Under the pieces are notes generated by a model. It saw only the letters and a program-made list of their open reading frames with translations. It was not told the origin of the DNA and did no database searches. Below, in pieces: positions 1 through 12,214 of a stretch of 64,000 nucleotides of DNA (positions are counted from its first letter, which is position 1; the number at the start of each line of letters is the position of its first letter). The stretch comes from Phoronis australis (Eukaryota > Animalia > Phoronida). The DNA lies in the NCBI GenBank assembly GCA_002633005.1, contig NMRA01000335.1, positions 428,274-492,273 of the forward strand, in the 5' to 3' direction. Both the position numbers and the translations under genes were made by a program.

Positions 1-598
1 ACACGGTGCTTATACGACAAGACAAACAAGACAAATGCACAACGAATTTCAACCCGACACCACATGAAGTTTTTGACAGATCGGGAAATCAGGTTTTTAT
101 CAAATCGACAGAAGGAGTCAGTTATTCACAGAACATGTCCGCGGTGAAGAAGTTTGCTGTTCCAAACGATAGGTTAGTCAGGGATGCGGACAATACGATT
201 ACGCAAGTTCCAACTCAGTCACTGGACGTACCGGTTGATCACTGTAGAGGAAGTCTTATATAACGAATGAGTACACTAGTGTTGTTTTGATGTTTGATGA
301 CTAAATTTTCATTGGTAGTTTTATCCCTGATGACTGAACATTTCGTCTAAGGAAAGGAGAGATGTCATGTATTGAATTTCTACCAGATGTTTATAGTTCC
401 AGTAATACTTAAATGTATGACTTTTAATCACGTGTTACTATGACATATATCCTTGCCGTGTATAAATACTGCATGCGTTTTAGTCACTTGGATGTCTTTT
501 GCTTTAATGCTGATTGCTTTAATTAATATATCATTCAATTGGTTTTATATCCGTCGTACACCGACAACATTACATTAGCCTATCATATTTGTGCTAGA
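1..598 (+). mobile_element. Duplicate copy of the 3' end of a Ty3/Gypsy LTR retrotransposon (integrase C-terminus, polypurine tract, LTR 363-574, 24 bp flank)
   Basis: 1-598 matches 1401-1998 at an offset of exactly 1400 with about 6 substitutions seen, and ends at the N gap. Confidence 0.85.
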
Positions 599-798
599 NN
601 NNNNNNNNNNNNNNNNNNNNNNNNNNNNNNNNNNNNNNNNNNNNNNNNNNNNNNNNNNNNNNNNNNNNNNNNNNNNNNNNNNNNNNNNNNNNNNNNNNNN
701 NNNNNNNNNNNNNNNNNNNNNNNNNNNNNNNNNNNNNNNNNNNNNNNNNNNNNNNNNNNNNNNNNNNNNNNNNNNNNNNNNNNNNNNNNNNNNNNNNN
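599..798. other. Assembly gap (200 N)
   Basis: Run of N from 599 to 798. Confidence 1.
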
Positions 799-1663
799 GA
801 CCTTGGCAAGACCTTGCTGTCGATCTGTTGGGATTGTTTCTCTCTGGACATTCAGTATTTGTTGTAGTGGATTACTACAGTGTCGGTTTTATGAGATCGA
901 GATTTTGAAATCCATGCTCACAAATAACGTAATTGAATGATGCATTGTGGGAGATGCTTTGTTGATTCGATTTACCGTTATCGATCAAGTCAGACAACGG
1001 CCCGCAGTTTAAATCCAAACAGTTACACCAATTTTGTGTAGAAAATGGAATTCGACACCAAAAACTCACTCTGAGATGGGCCCTAGCCATTGGGGAGATG
1101 GAACGTCAAAATGCGTCATTGTTGAAACGTATTAAAATTGCGCAAAGCGAGGAACTTGACTGGAAACGTGAAATATGTAAATATTTGATGGCATACCATT
1201 CGCTAGAACATGCCACAACTGGGCAAAGCCCCGCTGAACTCATGTTTGGCAGGAAAATACATACAAAACTGTCCGAATTCAAAATGGTAGACGAACATTA
1301 CGACATTGAGTTACAAGACCGCGACTTGGAAGCAAAAGCCAAATACAAAGTGTATCAGATGCCGCAAGAAATGTGAAACCATCGGAAGTATCAGTGGGCG
1401 ACACGGTGCTTATACGACAAGACAAACAAGACAAATGCACAACGAATTTCAACCCGACACCACATGAAGTTTTTGACAGATCGGGAAATCAGGTTTTTAT
1501 CAAATCCACAGAAGGAGTCAGTTATTCACAGAACATGTCCGCGGTGAAGAAGTTTGCTGTTCCAAACGATAGGTTAGTCAGGGATGCGGACAATACGATT
1601 ACGCAAGTTCCAACTCAGTCACTGGACGTACCAGTTGATCACTGTAGAGGAAGTCTTATATAA
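799..1663 (+). pseudogene. Degenerate Ty3/Gypsy integrase (rve core and C-terminal domain), frameshifted
   Basis: Motifs spread across frames: PWQDLAVDLLG...FVVVDYYS, IKSDNGPQF, GEMERQNASLLK, HATTGQSPAELMFGRKIHTKL, VGDTVLIRQ. The DDE triad motifs of Gypsy integrase are recognisable. Confidence 0.92.
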
Positions 1664-1762
1664 CGAATGAGTACACTAGTGTTGTTTTGATGTTTGATGA
1701 CTAAATTTTGATTGGTAGTTTTATTCCTGATGACTGAACATTTCGTCTAAGGAAAGGAGAGA

Positions 1763-1974
1763 TGTCATGTATTGAATTTCTACCAGATGTTTATAGTTCC
1801 AGTAATACTTAAATGTATGACTTTTAATCACGTGTTACTATGACGTATATCCTTACCGTGTATAAATACTGCATGCGTTTTAGTCACTTGGATGTCTTTT
1901 GCTTTAATGCTGATTGCTTTAATTAATATATCATTCAATTGGTTTTATATCCGTCGTACACCGACAACATTACA
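1763..1974 (+). mobile_element. 3' LTR (~212 bp) of the Gypsy element
   Basis: Polypurine tract aaggaaaggagaga (1749-1762) is followed directly by TGTCATG...; candidate end ...acattACA; internal tataaa. The right boundary is inferred from TGT...ACA termini. Confidence 0.7.
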
Positions 1975-2494
1975 TTAGCCTATCATATTTGTGCTAGATA
2001 TCACATTTTTCATCTTATCAACATGAAATTTACGTACAGAGGTTTTTTAATCAATAGCCCGAGGACTTGGGCGAAATCAGGCACAAGATGGCGCTGTGAC
2101 AGCCATTTTTCGAATTGTTTAATACAAAGCTTTAGCTGTGCAATGGGCTGTCTAATACTTTGGTTTTGTCATACACCTCACTTTTAATTTTTATGGTTCT
2201 TTATTCTTTTTTATTTTCTGTGGGTTACAATTAAAAGCTTCTTGAGTCTGTCTCTGAATAATTGTTACCAGAACCGCACCTCCTTTTGAGTGATCCTGTT
2301 ACCTCTGTCAGAAGTGGGCCTTGTTGACAAGTCTATTCCCCTGAACCTGGCAAGATTGTCACCATAGCATTGATAATTCTGATTTTCGGTCCAGAAAATA
2401 CATTTAAATACACGAGTCAAAACATTGCATTTTAATACCTTGTTCAACATTGAGTGTTGTGTCGGGTTTGCTCCAACACTTTTTCTCATTACAG

Positions 2495-2628
2495 GAGTAC
2501 AGCCTGGTTATCACTGGACACAGTCTGGGTGCTGGTACAGCAGGGGTCCTCGCTGTTCTCATGAAGGACATTCCAGGCTTTGGCAACCTCAAGTGTTTCG
2601 CCTTCTCGCCACCAGGGGGCCTTATGAG
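2495..2628 (+). CDS. DAGLB: DAGL exon with catalytic Ser (GHSLG)
   Basis: ttacag|GAGTAC...CTTATGAG|gtatat; EYSLVITGHSLGAGTAGVLAVLMKDIPGFGNLKCFAFSPPGGLM. Confidence 0.93.
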
Positions 2629-5351
2629 GTATATGTATTTGTAGTTCATTGCCATTGTCACTGAATGAGCCAGGACCTGTATGACAAAAGTTGAAAACAG
2701 TCATAGACATGCTCTTACACTAACAATAGTGCATTTTTTGAAACATAATTATTCACAGTTTTGTACAGTCACATTCACCTAAGCTTCAGTTAAGGTGCAG
2801 GAAAGTTTCATTTGTACACGGGTACATGTTTTAGTCATGTGTTTTTATCTAGACTTCACAAATGTTTTTTACTTTAAAAATTGAAGTTCTGTCAACATTT
2901 ATTCTAGACGAGAACTCAATCATTGCTCTTTTATGGTACTTGCTCCTTGATTTTTCTCTTTCTCTCCCTCCCTCCCTCCCTCCCACCCTTCTTTCTCCGC
3001 CGCCTCCCTCCCTCCTCCTCCCTTCCCCTTCCTCTCGTCACTCCCTCTATCCATGAACAGCATGCAGTTCTACCAAAGGTTGAAAGGATAAACTCCTAAA
3101 TATGAATTCTACATTTTGGAAACCATGACCAATTAGCAATGACATTGCAGCGTTTTGGTGTCCATGCACGCACTAGGGGAACTCATTCAAGCCCTCCATT
3201 TGACAAAGTGGGCAAGAAAAGTGCCCCTCAGAGAAACAAAAACTCCGAAAAAAATAGAAAATGAGACAAAAGTCCACTAAAAAGGCAGGAACTGCCAAAA
3301 GTCAGCGAATGCACAATTCATAGCTCTGAATGTACCCCGGGAATCTAGTAAAAGGTCCACGTTCTCAAGCATACGAGCCCCTCAACTTTTACGGCTGGGT
3401 GTGCGCATGATGCCACAATCAATTCAATCATTTCTTGCAGCATAGATCTGGGGGAACATGAGGTTTTTAGTGGAATTCGCCTGACCAAGCCGGAACTTTT
3501 TTGGTTTTATTAGTGACTTCGTTTTATGATATTAAAATAAACCAATAAATGCATTAGTATAACCAAGTTATCATTAGTTAGATGCTAGTCCTCTAATAAA
3601 TACCCTTGCCATTTTAGTCCATTAGTGAGATTAGACTGTTTTCGTTGAAACTTGTTTGATAATAGATGCATAGTCAGCAACTGCTAACAAATAGTGGAAA
3701 TAATTTTCTCTTTTATGTTCATCTGCTCATGGTTAAGAATTATTCATTTCACTTCTAATCTCTAGACATTTCAGAATTCTTTGTAAAAGAACAAGGTTAA
3801 TGATGCAAATGCACTTTTACTTAATTAATTGTGATGATTAATTGATATTGGTAATTTAATCATAGTTGGCCTATTATTCCTTTCAGCCCCAATGTTGCAA
3901 AATATGCTGAACATTTTGTCTGCTCTGTTGTCTTGGGTGACGATATTGTTGGCAGACTTGGACTCACCCAGGCATGGGGGTTCAAGGCGAAGATCTTGAA
4001 AACACTCAAAACGTTGGATATTCCAAAGGTAAGTGGTGTTGGCTTTTGTGCTGCTGATAGTCGTTTTGAGCTTGCATGAGCATAATGGGAAAGGGAGGAA
4101 CATAGTGTGATAGAGTACAATGCCAAAATGGACTTCTAATAGATGCCTTGTTCCCATCAAGTTAAATTAAAAACTTTTTCACACCTGTATCAAACAGTGC
4201 GTTTTACCTCTTCCAAAAGTTTGGGTTCTCCAAAGGGATAGTAGTGGAATCTGCCACAGTCTTTGAAGTAGAGTAAATCAAGTCGTGTGACTTCCTATTT
4301 TGGTTTCAGCATGAGATCATGGGTGATTGGTTAGAGAGTGTCCTTAGCAAAGTGCTTAGAGTCCACAGGAAAAAACAGAATAAGAACAGCGCCCCCTCGT
4401 GGACAGGGGATGCTGAGGCTGAGAGGCAGGTTTTGAACTTTCAGGTAGGTGGAGGACGCGACATCAGTCAACTAGATGTAAATTCAAATTGATATTGTTT
4501 CCCCTACTGTTACTGACCATAAAATATGTGAATGACTCAAACAATTGTATTTTTTCAGTTGTAAATTCAAGTTTTTGCAACAAATGTGTGCATGCTTCAT
4601 AAAGAAAAGTGGGAAATTAAAATATTTCGCTATTTTTTGATGCTATACACAAGCAGTGGTTACACTTTGAGCACATTCAAAAGTTTTATTGTTGATTGCT
4701 ATTTGTTTTGTTTCAGCAACACATTCAGGATGCATATGATGAAGCCGAGAGGGAGAAACACAAGGTGGCGCTGAGACCCCCAGGATGTTTGATATTTATA
4801 ACTGAGAAACAGACAAGGTAGGACACAAATTAACATCGCATTATGACAACATATATTCCTTTATGTTTTATACTCCTTTATTCCTTTATGTATTAAAAAT
4901 TCTGCTGCTAATGGTTTTTCTTTAAAATAATATAAAAAACAAGTAAATTGGCAACAATTTACAAAACACCATCCCACTGCTTTTACGAGTCCTACAGAAA
5001 GTTTTAATGTGTTATTATTTCAAGGTTCGGTAATAAAAAAGTAGTAGCAACTGTTAAATGTGAAGGGGGATAGTTTTATGAATATAGTAGGTTAAAACAC
5101 ATTGTGTTGTTTGTATTCATAGCTGTTGCTTGGCGCCATATTAGTTTCGACCTTCCTGTATCCTCAGTACTTTCTCCATATTTGGTCGGAGGTCAACATA
5201 TGAGGCCTACTTCACACCTTGCTCGTCTCGACTGTTCAGTAAACTGATGTTGATGCCAAACATGGTCAGACATCACTTGCCGTGGGCAGTCATGAATGCA
5301 CTGGACTCACTAGCTGATCAAGGAGCTCAACCATTACTGAAGGAGGAATGA
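2495..5351 (+). CDS. DAGLB: Diacylglycerol lipase (DAGL, beta-like; class 3 lipase), last five coding exons: 2495-2628, 3887-4028, 4310-4444, 4717-4817, 5168-5351; 5' exons lie upstream of the window
   Basis: All introns are GT-AG with compatible phases. The spliced product has the DAGL motifs in order: ITGHSLGAG (Ser), CFAFSPPGGL, SVVLGDDIVGRL (Asp), LRPPGCLIFI, FSKLMLMPNMVRHHLP (His), then NALDSL...EE-stop. The short tail after the lipase domain favours beta over alpha; orthology is not tested. Confidence 0.9.
2950..3050. repeat. CT-rich low-complexity tract ((CCCT)n-like)
   Basis: Almost pure pyrimidine stretch in a DAGL intron. Confidence 0.85.
3163..3409. mobile_element. Probable MITE with CATG termini
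   Basis: Imperfect terminal inverted repeats catgcacgcac...gtgtgcgcatg; no clean target-site duplication (TSD). Confidence 0.45.
3887..4028 (+). CDS. DAGLB: DAGL exon with catalytic Asp
   Basis: tttcag|C...CCAAAG|gtaagt; PNVAKYAEHFVCSVVLGDDIVGRLGLTQAWGFKAKILKTLKTLDIPK. Confidence 0.9.
4310..4444 (+). CDS. DAGLB: DAGL exon (variable loop)
   Basis: tttcag|CAT...TTTCAG|gtaggt; 135 bp open, phase 0-0; HEIMGDWLESVLSKVLRVHRKKQNKNSAPSWTGDAEAERQVLNFQ. Confidence 0.8.
4717..4817 (+). CDS. DAGLB: DAGL exon (PPG motif)
   Basis: tttcag|CAA...ACAAG|gtagga; QHIQDAYDEAEREKHKVALRPPGCLIFITEKQT, comparable to the LYPPGRIIH motif of DAGLs. Confidence 0.85.
5168..5351 (+). CDS. DAGLB: DAGL terminal coding exon with catalytic His and stop
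   Basis: cctcag|T ACT TTC... TFSIFGRRSTYEAYFTPCSSRLFSKLMLMPNMVRHHLPWAVMNALDSLADQGAQPLLKEE TGA(5349-5351). Confidence 0.85.
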
Positions 5352-5635
5352 ACAAGGGAGATAACTGCTGGTGAAAGAGGAATAAGCAAGGGAGATAACA
5401 ACTGGGAAGACCATGCCTGGCTATAGAACAGTGAAGTCATAGCCCTAGGCTGATATCTTCTTTCATGCTTATTTGTCATGGTCATGTTGATGGTTATTAT
5501 TATTACGACAGATTGTCATCTTAAAAACCAATATTTAGGAATCAATAATTTTCCAAATTGACCGCCCATACCTTCGCTCTGATAGATTCTTTATTTCCTT
5601 CCAAAAACTTTTGTGATGTAATGCAAATCACATCA

Positions 5636-5690
5636 TGATTTGATCCCGGGATCTTCATGTAAGCAAGTCACTACTTTACCACCGTGCTTA
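5636..5690 (-). mobile_element. Degenerate tRNA-derived (SINE-head-like) sequence
   Basis: Minus strand reads tagcacggtggtaaa...cccgggatcaaatc, i.e. A-box and B-box-like motifs at tRNA spacing. Confidence 0.35.
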
Positions 5691-6810
5691 TCACCAAACG
5701 CAGAAGGCTTTTTATGTCATTCAAATTCTGATATCATATTTTTTTGTAAATAACCAAAAAATGTAAATCATTGTGTGAATGGAAGCCTGCATCGCCATTC
5801 CCCCTACAAAAGATTTGTTTTATTATCAGGTTAAAATGTTCGCTGACTTTAAACACATGACTTTTGCACAGGTTTAAGTGTGTACGCCCTGCACTTGCTG
5901 ATACATAGTTTAATTGCGTTGATATAACCAAATGACATTCATTGATTGTTTTGCATAAAAAAGTACTATTGTGTGCCAGCGAAATATGTTGTCTATTCAA
6001 ACTATAATTTATAATTCCTTTGTCCATTTCAGACATCTCATTTAACTTGTTATCAAATCTACATAAAAACTGATTACTAATTGACTGAATGAGTGATGGA
6101 CACAGAATGGAAGCCCAAACATAGCCACCTTCCATGAATTACTTAGCAGATGCAATCGTGTAATAAAACGTTCGCACTGGGTCAATATGTTGGTTTTCAG
6201 ACCCCAGCAATCAGTCAACTTGACTGAGTCAAAAGTCAAATAATTGTTCGATCATGTCATTGTTTCTTTTTCGCATCAATATCATGATGTCCCTCCCCCC
6301 CATTCAAAATCACTGCTTTCTGGAGGGTTATCAAGATCACTCTGATAAACTGTAATGCATACAAGTCAAGTTGCTTCATTGTGTTGCTCAGGTAACATAC
6401 ACAATAGAGGTTGGAACATATCAATTACAGAACAGAAGTTGCAATGCGTGTTAATTTTTCTTCTGTTGCAGATGGCCATGTGTTGCGTACATTGAACCTT
6501 TAGGCATTGGGCTCGCTTGTTATCAAGAAACTTGATTCCACTGTTCCAAGATTTCCTTTTCCAAATTTCATATATGTTGCTGGATTGTGAAATTTGACTT
6601 GTGTCTCTCACGAACACTAATACTCATATATGCCTTACCGTGTCTGATGAATCTGTATTTAATATTGTAGCTGTTATACATATATGGCATAGATGCAAGG
6701 ATCTGAATCTTCTCAATCTCATGTGACTCCATTTAAACCTTTCATTCCTGCTACCATTGCTCATTCATTCTCATAATCAATGGTTGGCATTTGTGTCAAA
6801 ATTAACCACT

Positions 6811-6870
6811 ATGGGTCAATGGGACCTTTTATTGGTCAATGGAACCGTCCAGTGGTCGATGAGACCTTCA
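6811..6870 (+). repeat. Three diverged 20 bp tandem units
   Basis: atgggtcaatgggacctttt / attggtcaatggaaccgtcc / agtggtcgatgagaccttca. Confidence 0.6.
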
Positions 6871-9800
6871 AGGGGATCTGTGGAAGTTCGGAATATACTC
6901 TACCTTCCTCGTAATTAGGTGCAAAAACAGGCATGTTTTCCACTTTGTTTCAGCTTAAGACTTCCTAAACAAATTGCCAGGGAAGTTCACTGAGTCCAAA
7001 GCCTAAATGGTGTTCATTTGAAATGAGCATTTTTGGTGGAAATTTGATTTTGAAAGTGTGTACTACTTCTCTTCATAAAAACTTTAAATGTAAAAAATGC
7101 AAATAGACATAAGGGCTCGGGGTCGGAGTTTACAGGCTTAGTCTGTGCTGTAAACACAGAGAAATTCTCTTTGTAAGTTTAAAGTTGTTTTCCGAGTCCA
7201 TTGATGAAATTTTGTGATCCATCAAGTTGTGTAATGACCTTTGACCTTCTGTATAATATGCCATATGATACTCTTATCTTATGAGATTTTTGTCCTTCCT
7301 GAAGAAAGTACATTGGTGCAAATGTGGAACATCTTGAATTATGCGGGTATATTGGTGTTTGTCTGTTTTTTATTTGTTTTGTCTTTATTGTGAATATTAG
7401 GAGTGCTGTATTTACATACTTATTTTAAATAAGTTATTTTTACATCGTTAGTCAGTTGTTGATTTAAAACGGCAGGTGGTATTCTAATAATTAGTTAAGT
7501 CTATATTTTATCTTGGGTTTACAGGTACCTTGTCTTGGTCTGTTATTCTTAAATTTAATGTGCAGTCATGATTACTGGTGTATTAAAAATATAAACAGTT
7601 TTAGCTTGTAACCATGGTAACATGTTTAACTTGTGTCAAACTTGCTTCTTCATTGATCACCCAAATTGAAGTTATGTTGTGTCAACTGTGAGATGTATTG
7701 GTTGATGTAGGAAGCTTGCAATTTCATGAGATGTAGGAGAGGAAAGATTGACACCAGTGTTGTTGGTACTGGCAGTTCATCAATCGTTGAATGCCATGTT
7801 ATATTATAGGAATATGGAAATATGCCTTTTATGCATGTCCATCACTTGTTAAATCCTGAAAGCTGGACTCACTGATTACTTGAATTCTAGTTAAGTCACG
7901 CCTCCCAAATGATTTTGTTACAGTTGGTATTAGAATTATGGCAATACCATTGAAATAGCAAATTTTACGTCATATTCACCATATAAGTTACCCGGTTTGT
8001 ATTTTATTCCTAAAACAACAACTGAAGACTGAGCATTAAAAGGACAGTGTTGGTATATTCGTTTTCTATCTTTTCACGCTGCATTAATATACCATTGTTT
8101 GTTAGCTGTGCAGAACTCGAAACTTACTGGCGCGGTACGACCCTAAATGCGGCCACTGATGTGATTTGTCATTGAGTTTAGAATGTTGAATTATGGGATA
8201 GAATTGCCGTTTCCTTTCCAACCAGAGATTCATGACGGCGACATCCCCTTGCTCCCAACTTGTTCGACTGTATAGCCCAAGAACAAGTTGGGAAGTTTAC
8301 CCCCCGTAGCCAATTAACTCCATTCTGGCGTTGATGGTTGGAGGGCCTGCGCTCTTTTGTTTGATAATTGCTCTAATCTCCGATCAGATCGTATCTAGCC
8401 TGATTGGGGTGGGCTGATAAAAATGAAAGTTAAGTTAAGCCAGATATTATCGCACGTTCAGCACCCCTCACGTCTGGAAAAGTTACTGAACGACAGGACG
8501 CTGTAATGTTCTCGCCGCATGCGATTTACGTGTCTGGTTTATGAACGCCGTAGCTCAGTTTGCGCGCTCTAGAGGACCGCTCTTCATTTCAAAATCGACA
8601 TTTTTCGGACCATTTAATTTGGAATTTATCAAGTTTCTATCGTTAGGTGAAAACACTAAAAGAATTTCTGGAATAAGCTAGGGCCTAGGTTATATACCCG
8701 CAAAATTCAACGATGAAATTCTACACATTTGGAGTTTTCACTTTGTGTACAAAAACAGTTTTGTTTACCAACTGCCCTAATTGTTTACAATGCCAGTTAC
8801 GAACCATTCTAATGTGTCACTTTAAAAATGACGCGGACATGCTGTTTTGGAATATTAAACCATTTCAGTTAATTGCTATTGTTTTGGTAAACAAATCGCT
8901 TCTCATCATGTAGCTTTGTGATTCAACATTTCTGATTTTCATGGTAGTGATATGCAGGGCCATACAATGCTGGTACGCTTATTGTAAAATGTCACGTATC
9001 TCGGAACACAGGCGTTATCGTAATGTCTTGCATTAAAACAACAAACAAAGCCTGTTAACAAAACAGCCTCGCTACGTTTTGAAGGTTAAGATTTACCAGG
9101 CCCGGCGATCACACTTGCTCTCAAATAAATGAACTGGACGTACCCCATGTAAGCATTTTTGTACGGTGAGTATTTTTTGACTTGTGAAGGCATATACGCG
9201 CGTGTTAAAGTGATACGACTCCGGAGTTGCGATATATTTTCGCTTCCTTGGAACGGTTGTGCAAAAGGCTGAGGTAATTTGCGGCACCTGAGTAGTAAAC
9301 ACTATTCTAAGAAGAAAATTACTGGGGTGTAAATTATACTTTCCAATAGTGAACGCCAAACTTGTGTGAAATTCAACTTTATGACCTTGTTGAATATAAT
9401 TCTCCATTCATGTGGTACGTCAAGCCCGGCTTTTTAAGAGGCCCCTAACCCTCGCGCATCAAACCCATGATCTATAGATGAAGACTGGAGTGATGGCGAA
9501 ACGAGACGTTTGGTTTCATTTTAGGAAGGAACAGCACTTTTTAAGTTCCGGAGGACCCGGCAAGAAACACTGTCTTTGTTTGCAGTGAAATGCGCACGTT
9601 GAGCATGGCAAGACAGCTCATTGTGCCCAGAATTCCTCAGGCCACAAAGTGTAACTACCCACAATGCAATAATCTCCTGAAATTGTTCGCGAAAGATGTG
9701 AAATGTCTCTTTCGTAATTCTGATTTTTTTTTAATTTTCAGCCTCGAATTTTGAAATGTTTTTCTATGAACAGTGACATCACAGTTGTCCCAATAATATA

Positions 9801-12214
9801 AGTGACGCCGATGAACCCTCAGTGTCCCAAAAAGGAAATTGGACATTATGTAGGAGACCTTACTTTAACGATGCACTATAGAAAAATGTGAGCGCATCCC
9901 CTCCCCTGCTTTTGTCCTTCCTTGCTTTTGCACTATTAAATTTCTCGTATTGACCCTGACTACGCTTTATGTTGTATAAAAATTACTATAAATACATGCG
10001 CATATATCTCGGTATTTATCTGTAGACGGATGTCATTGCTAGGTCGACTTTAGTCGGACGAGTTCAATTTTTGAAACGGGAATTTTACGCGACTTGTAAC
10101 AAAGAAGCTTTTGCATAAAGCATTGATTTACTTGCGCTTATTGGATGTCGTCTTTAAGTTGCTAGAGATTCTTGTGCAATATTGGTGATTAAAACGTGCC
10201 TGTGTATGTCAACAATGACCCTCAGCAATACATTGGCGGGTGTATAGCTGGAATATTGGACACCCACTCATTTAGTGAGATGGCGAACTCGAAAACTGAA
10301 GGTTCTCATTAATAGGGAACGTCTGTGAATAAGTAAACCTTTCGTAGGGCTTTGTTCCAGAAACATTACCCTTTTAAAAAGGATTATATCGATAAACCTG
10401 AGCCTTTTTGTTGGGATTCTTGTTGGACAGTTTGAAATTTCACCCGTGAAAGCAGAAAAAGCACAGGAAGACTGCCATGTTGTCAAAACTGAGTGACATC
10501 ATTTGTATGAAGGAAACCTTTGTAACGCTTTCGGGTTCCCAAAGTGAGCCCATTTGTAGGTGAAATTGTCGTCGTACGAGTCGTTCTGTGGTAGCGTGTG
10601 TACAATCCATCATTTTGACGGCATCGTGAGACAAAGGCACGCAAAACAGAGCTTTGAACATTTCACGGACAACGTGAAGCCTCTCTTTCCAGTCTTGTCA
10701 CGTTTTTGTCCATTCTTGTAAACTCATTTATTAATTTCTTTTGGGTTTTCATCTCAAGACAACAGCGCGTTGCTAGTACGTGTAATTGCTATTCATAACC
10801 GGTCCTTGCCTATGGTAACGGTGAATTCAGTAGTTTAGGCATATGGACTGAAACAAAGACCCTTTGTCGTGAAAGATATACCAACAAGGGTCTTGTATTG
10901 TCACGGTTGCCCTGGGCGCCAAACCCATCTTTAGGCCACCGTTTACGACACGTTCCCACTGGTCATGTGGTTGTTCCCTCGTCTTTGTCACTTTTTCTCC
11001 GAGGCTTAACTCAATCGATAAATTCTCCCAGATTACATCTGTGGGTCATAGATTAAAATATGGGGTTTGTTTCCTGACCCTTGCAGGCAGGTGAAATACT
11101 TTGTTGGGCATCTTCTTACAGTCGGGATGCTCTCATTTTTTGCAAAACATTCCGTTTTTACAGCTGAAGAAGAAACTTTACCAAATTCCAAGTAAAATCT
11201 TACGTGAATTTCAATTCGAGACGAGCGCGGTTAATACTCCTAGTGTAGACTGGGAAACAGTATACTGACAATTAAAGTGAGAAGACACTACTGGAAATAT
11301 ACATATCCACCTAAAGTCTAATACAACACAGAATTCATAATGTAATAATGAGAAACACGATTACTTGGTGTCTCGCACATGCGAAGGAACACAAAAATAT
11401 TGAAATTTTTTCGCGTCGTGTCCCTTTAGAAGCTCCGTAGTAAAGTCGTTTCGAAAATGAGCGTAGAGCTCACATATAGTTTTCGTATAAGTCTTGTAAA
11501 CGCGCAGTAAATTAACACTTACACACCGGAGTTAGTGCGATTACTCTCGTACGTGTATGCAAATGTTATCGACGTGGACGGGCAGTTGTCGTGTTTTATC
11601 TTGTAAATCAGCATGGAAATTGTTTACACTTATCCACCAATTTACCGCCCATGACCGCTCTGTGGTTTATTTTAATTGAATGAGTGGCGTTCATTTCATG
11701 TTCTATTGGCAGTAGAACACATTTTTGTCTTAAGTGATCGGGTTTAGATCTTTTAACGTGTGCGTGTGTGTGAAGTCTTTCAATCAATCAAACAAGACAA
11801 GATCCACTATCCTATTAGCTGTCAATCACCAAGAGACCACGGTTGGCTGAGACAGTGGGAACGAAAAAAGAGACGATCCTTGCCTATTTGTCACGTGTTA
11901 AAGGGACTTGCAACACGAAAAACAGAGTAGATTGCATTTTTTTAAGTAGTTCTGTGCCACTGAAACATAATTCAACCTGCTCACCAGGTATTCTTACGGT
12001 TTGTTCGTAAAGATTTTGAATTTCTGTTGACATCAAAGCATTTTTCTTTTAGTTTCAAGTTCAGGTTAAATACGACCTGTCAACTAGTGCTCGTCACTTC
12101 GTCGATTTTTCTCCCACAATGCAAAGCACGCCTCCTTATTTGGTATGAAATTACAGAGACGTAGCACATTTCTCGTGTATGGAAAATGTAACCTTTGACC
12201 TTTGAGGATTTTAA

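Noticed and set aside
539-940. ORFs spanning poly-X
   Set aside because: Artefacts of translating the N gap; only the integrase part after 799 is real.
8254-8292. 12 bp inverted repeat cccaacttgttc/gaacaagttggg as a terminator
   Set aside because: Eukaryotic context, no U tract; an isolated short hairpin with no supporting evidence.
9170-9400. Ancient RT remnant (FDL.KAY-like words on the + strand)
   Set aside because: Too degenerate to support without a profile search.
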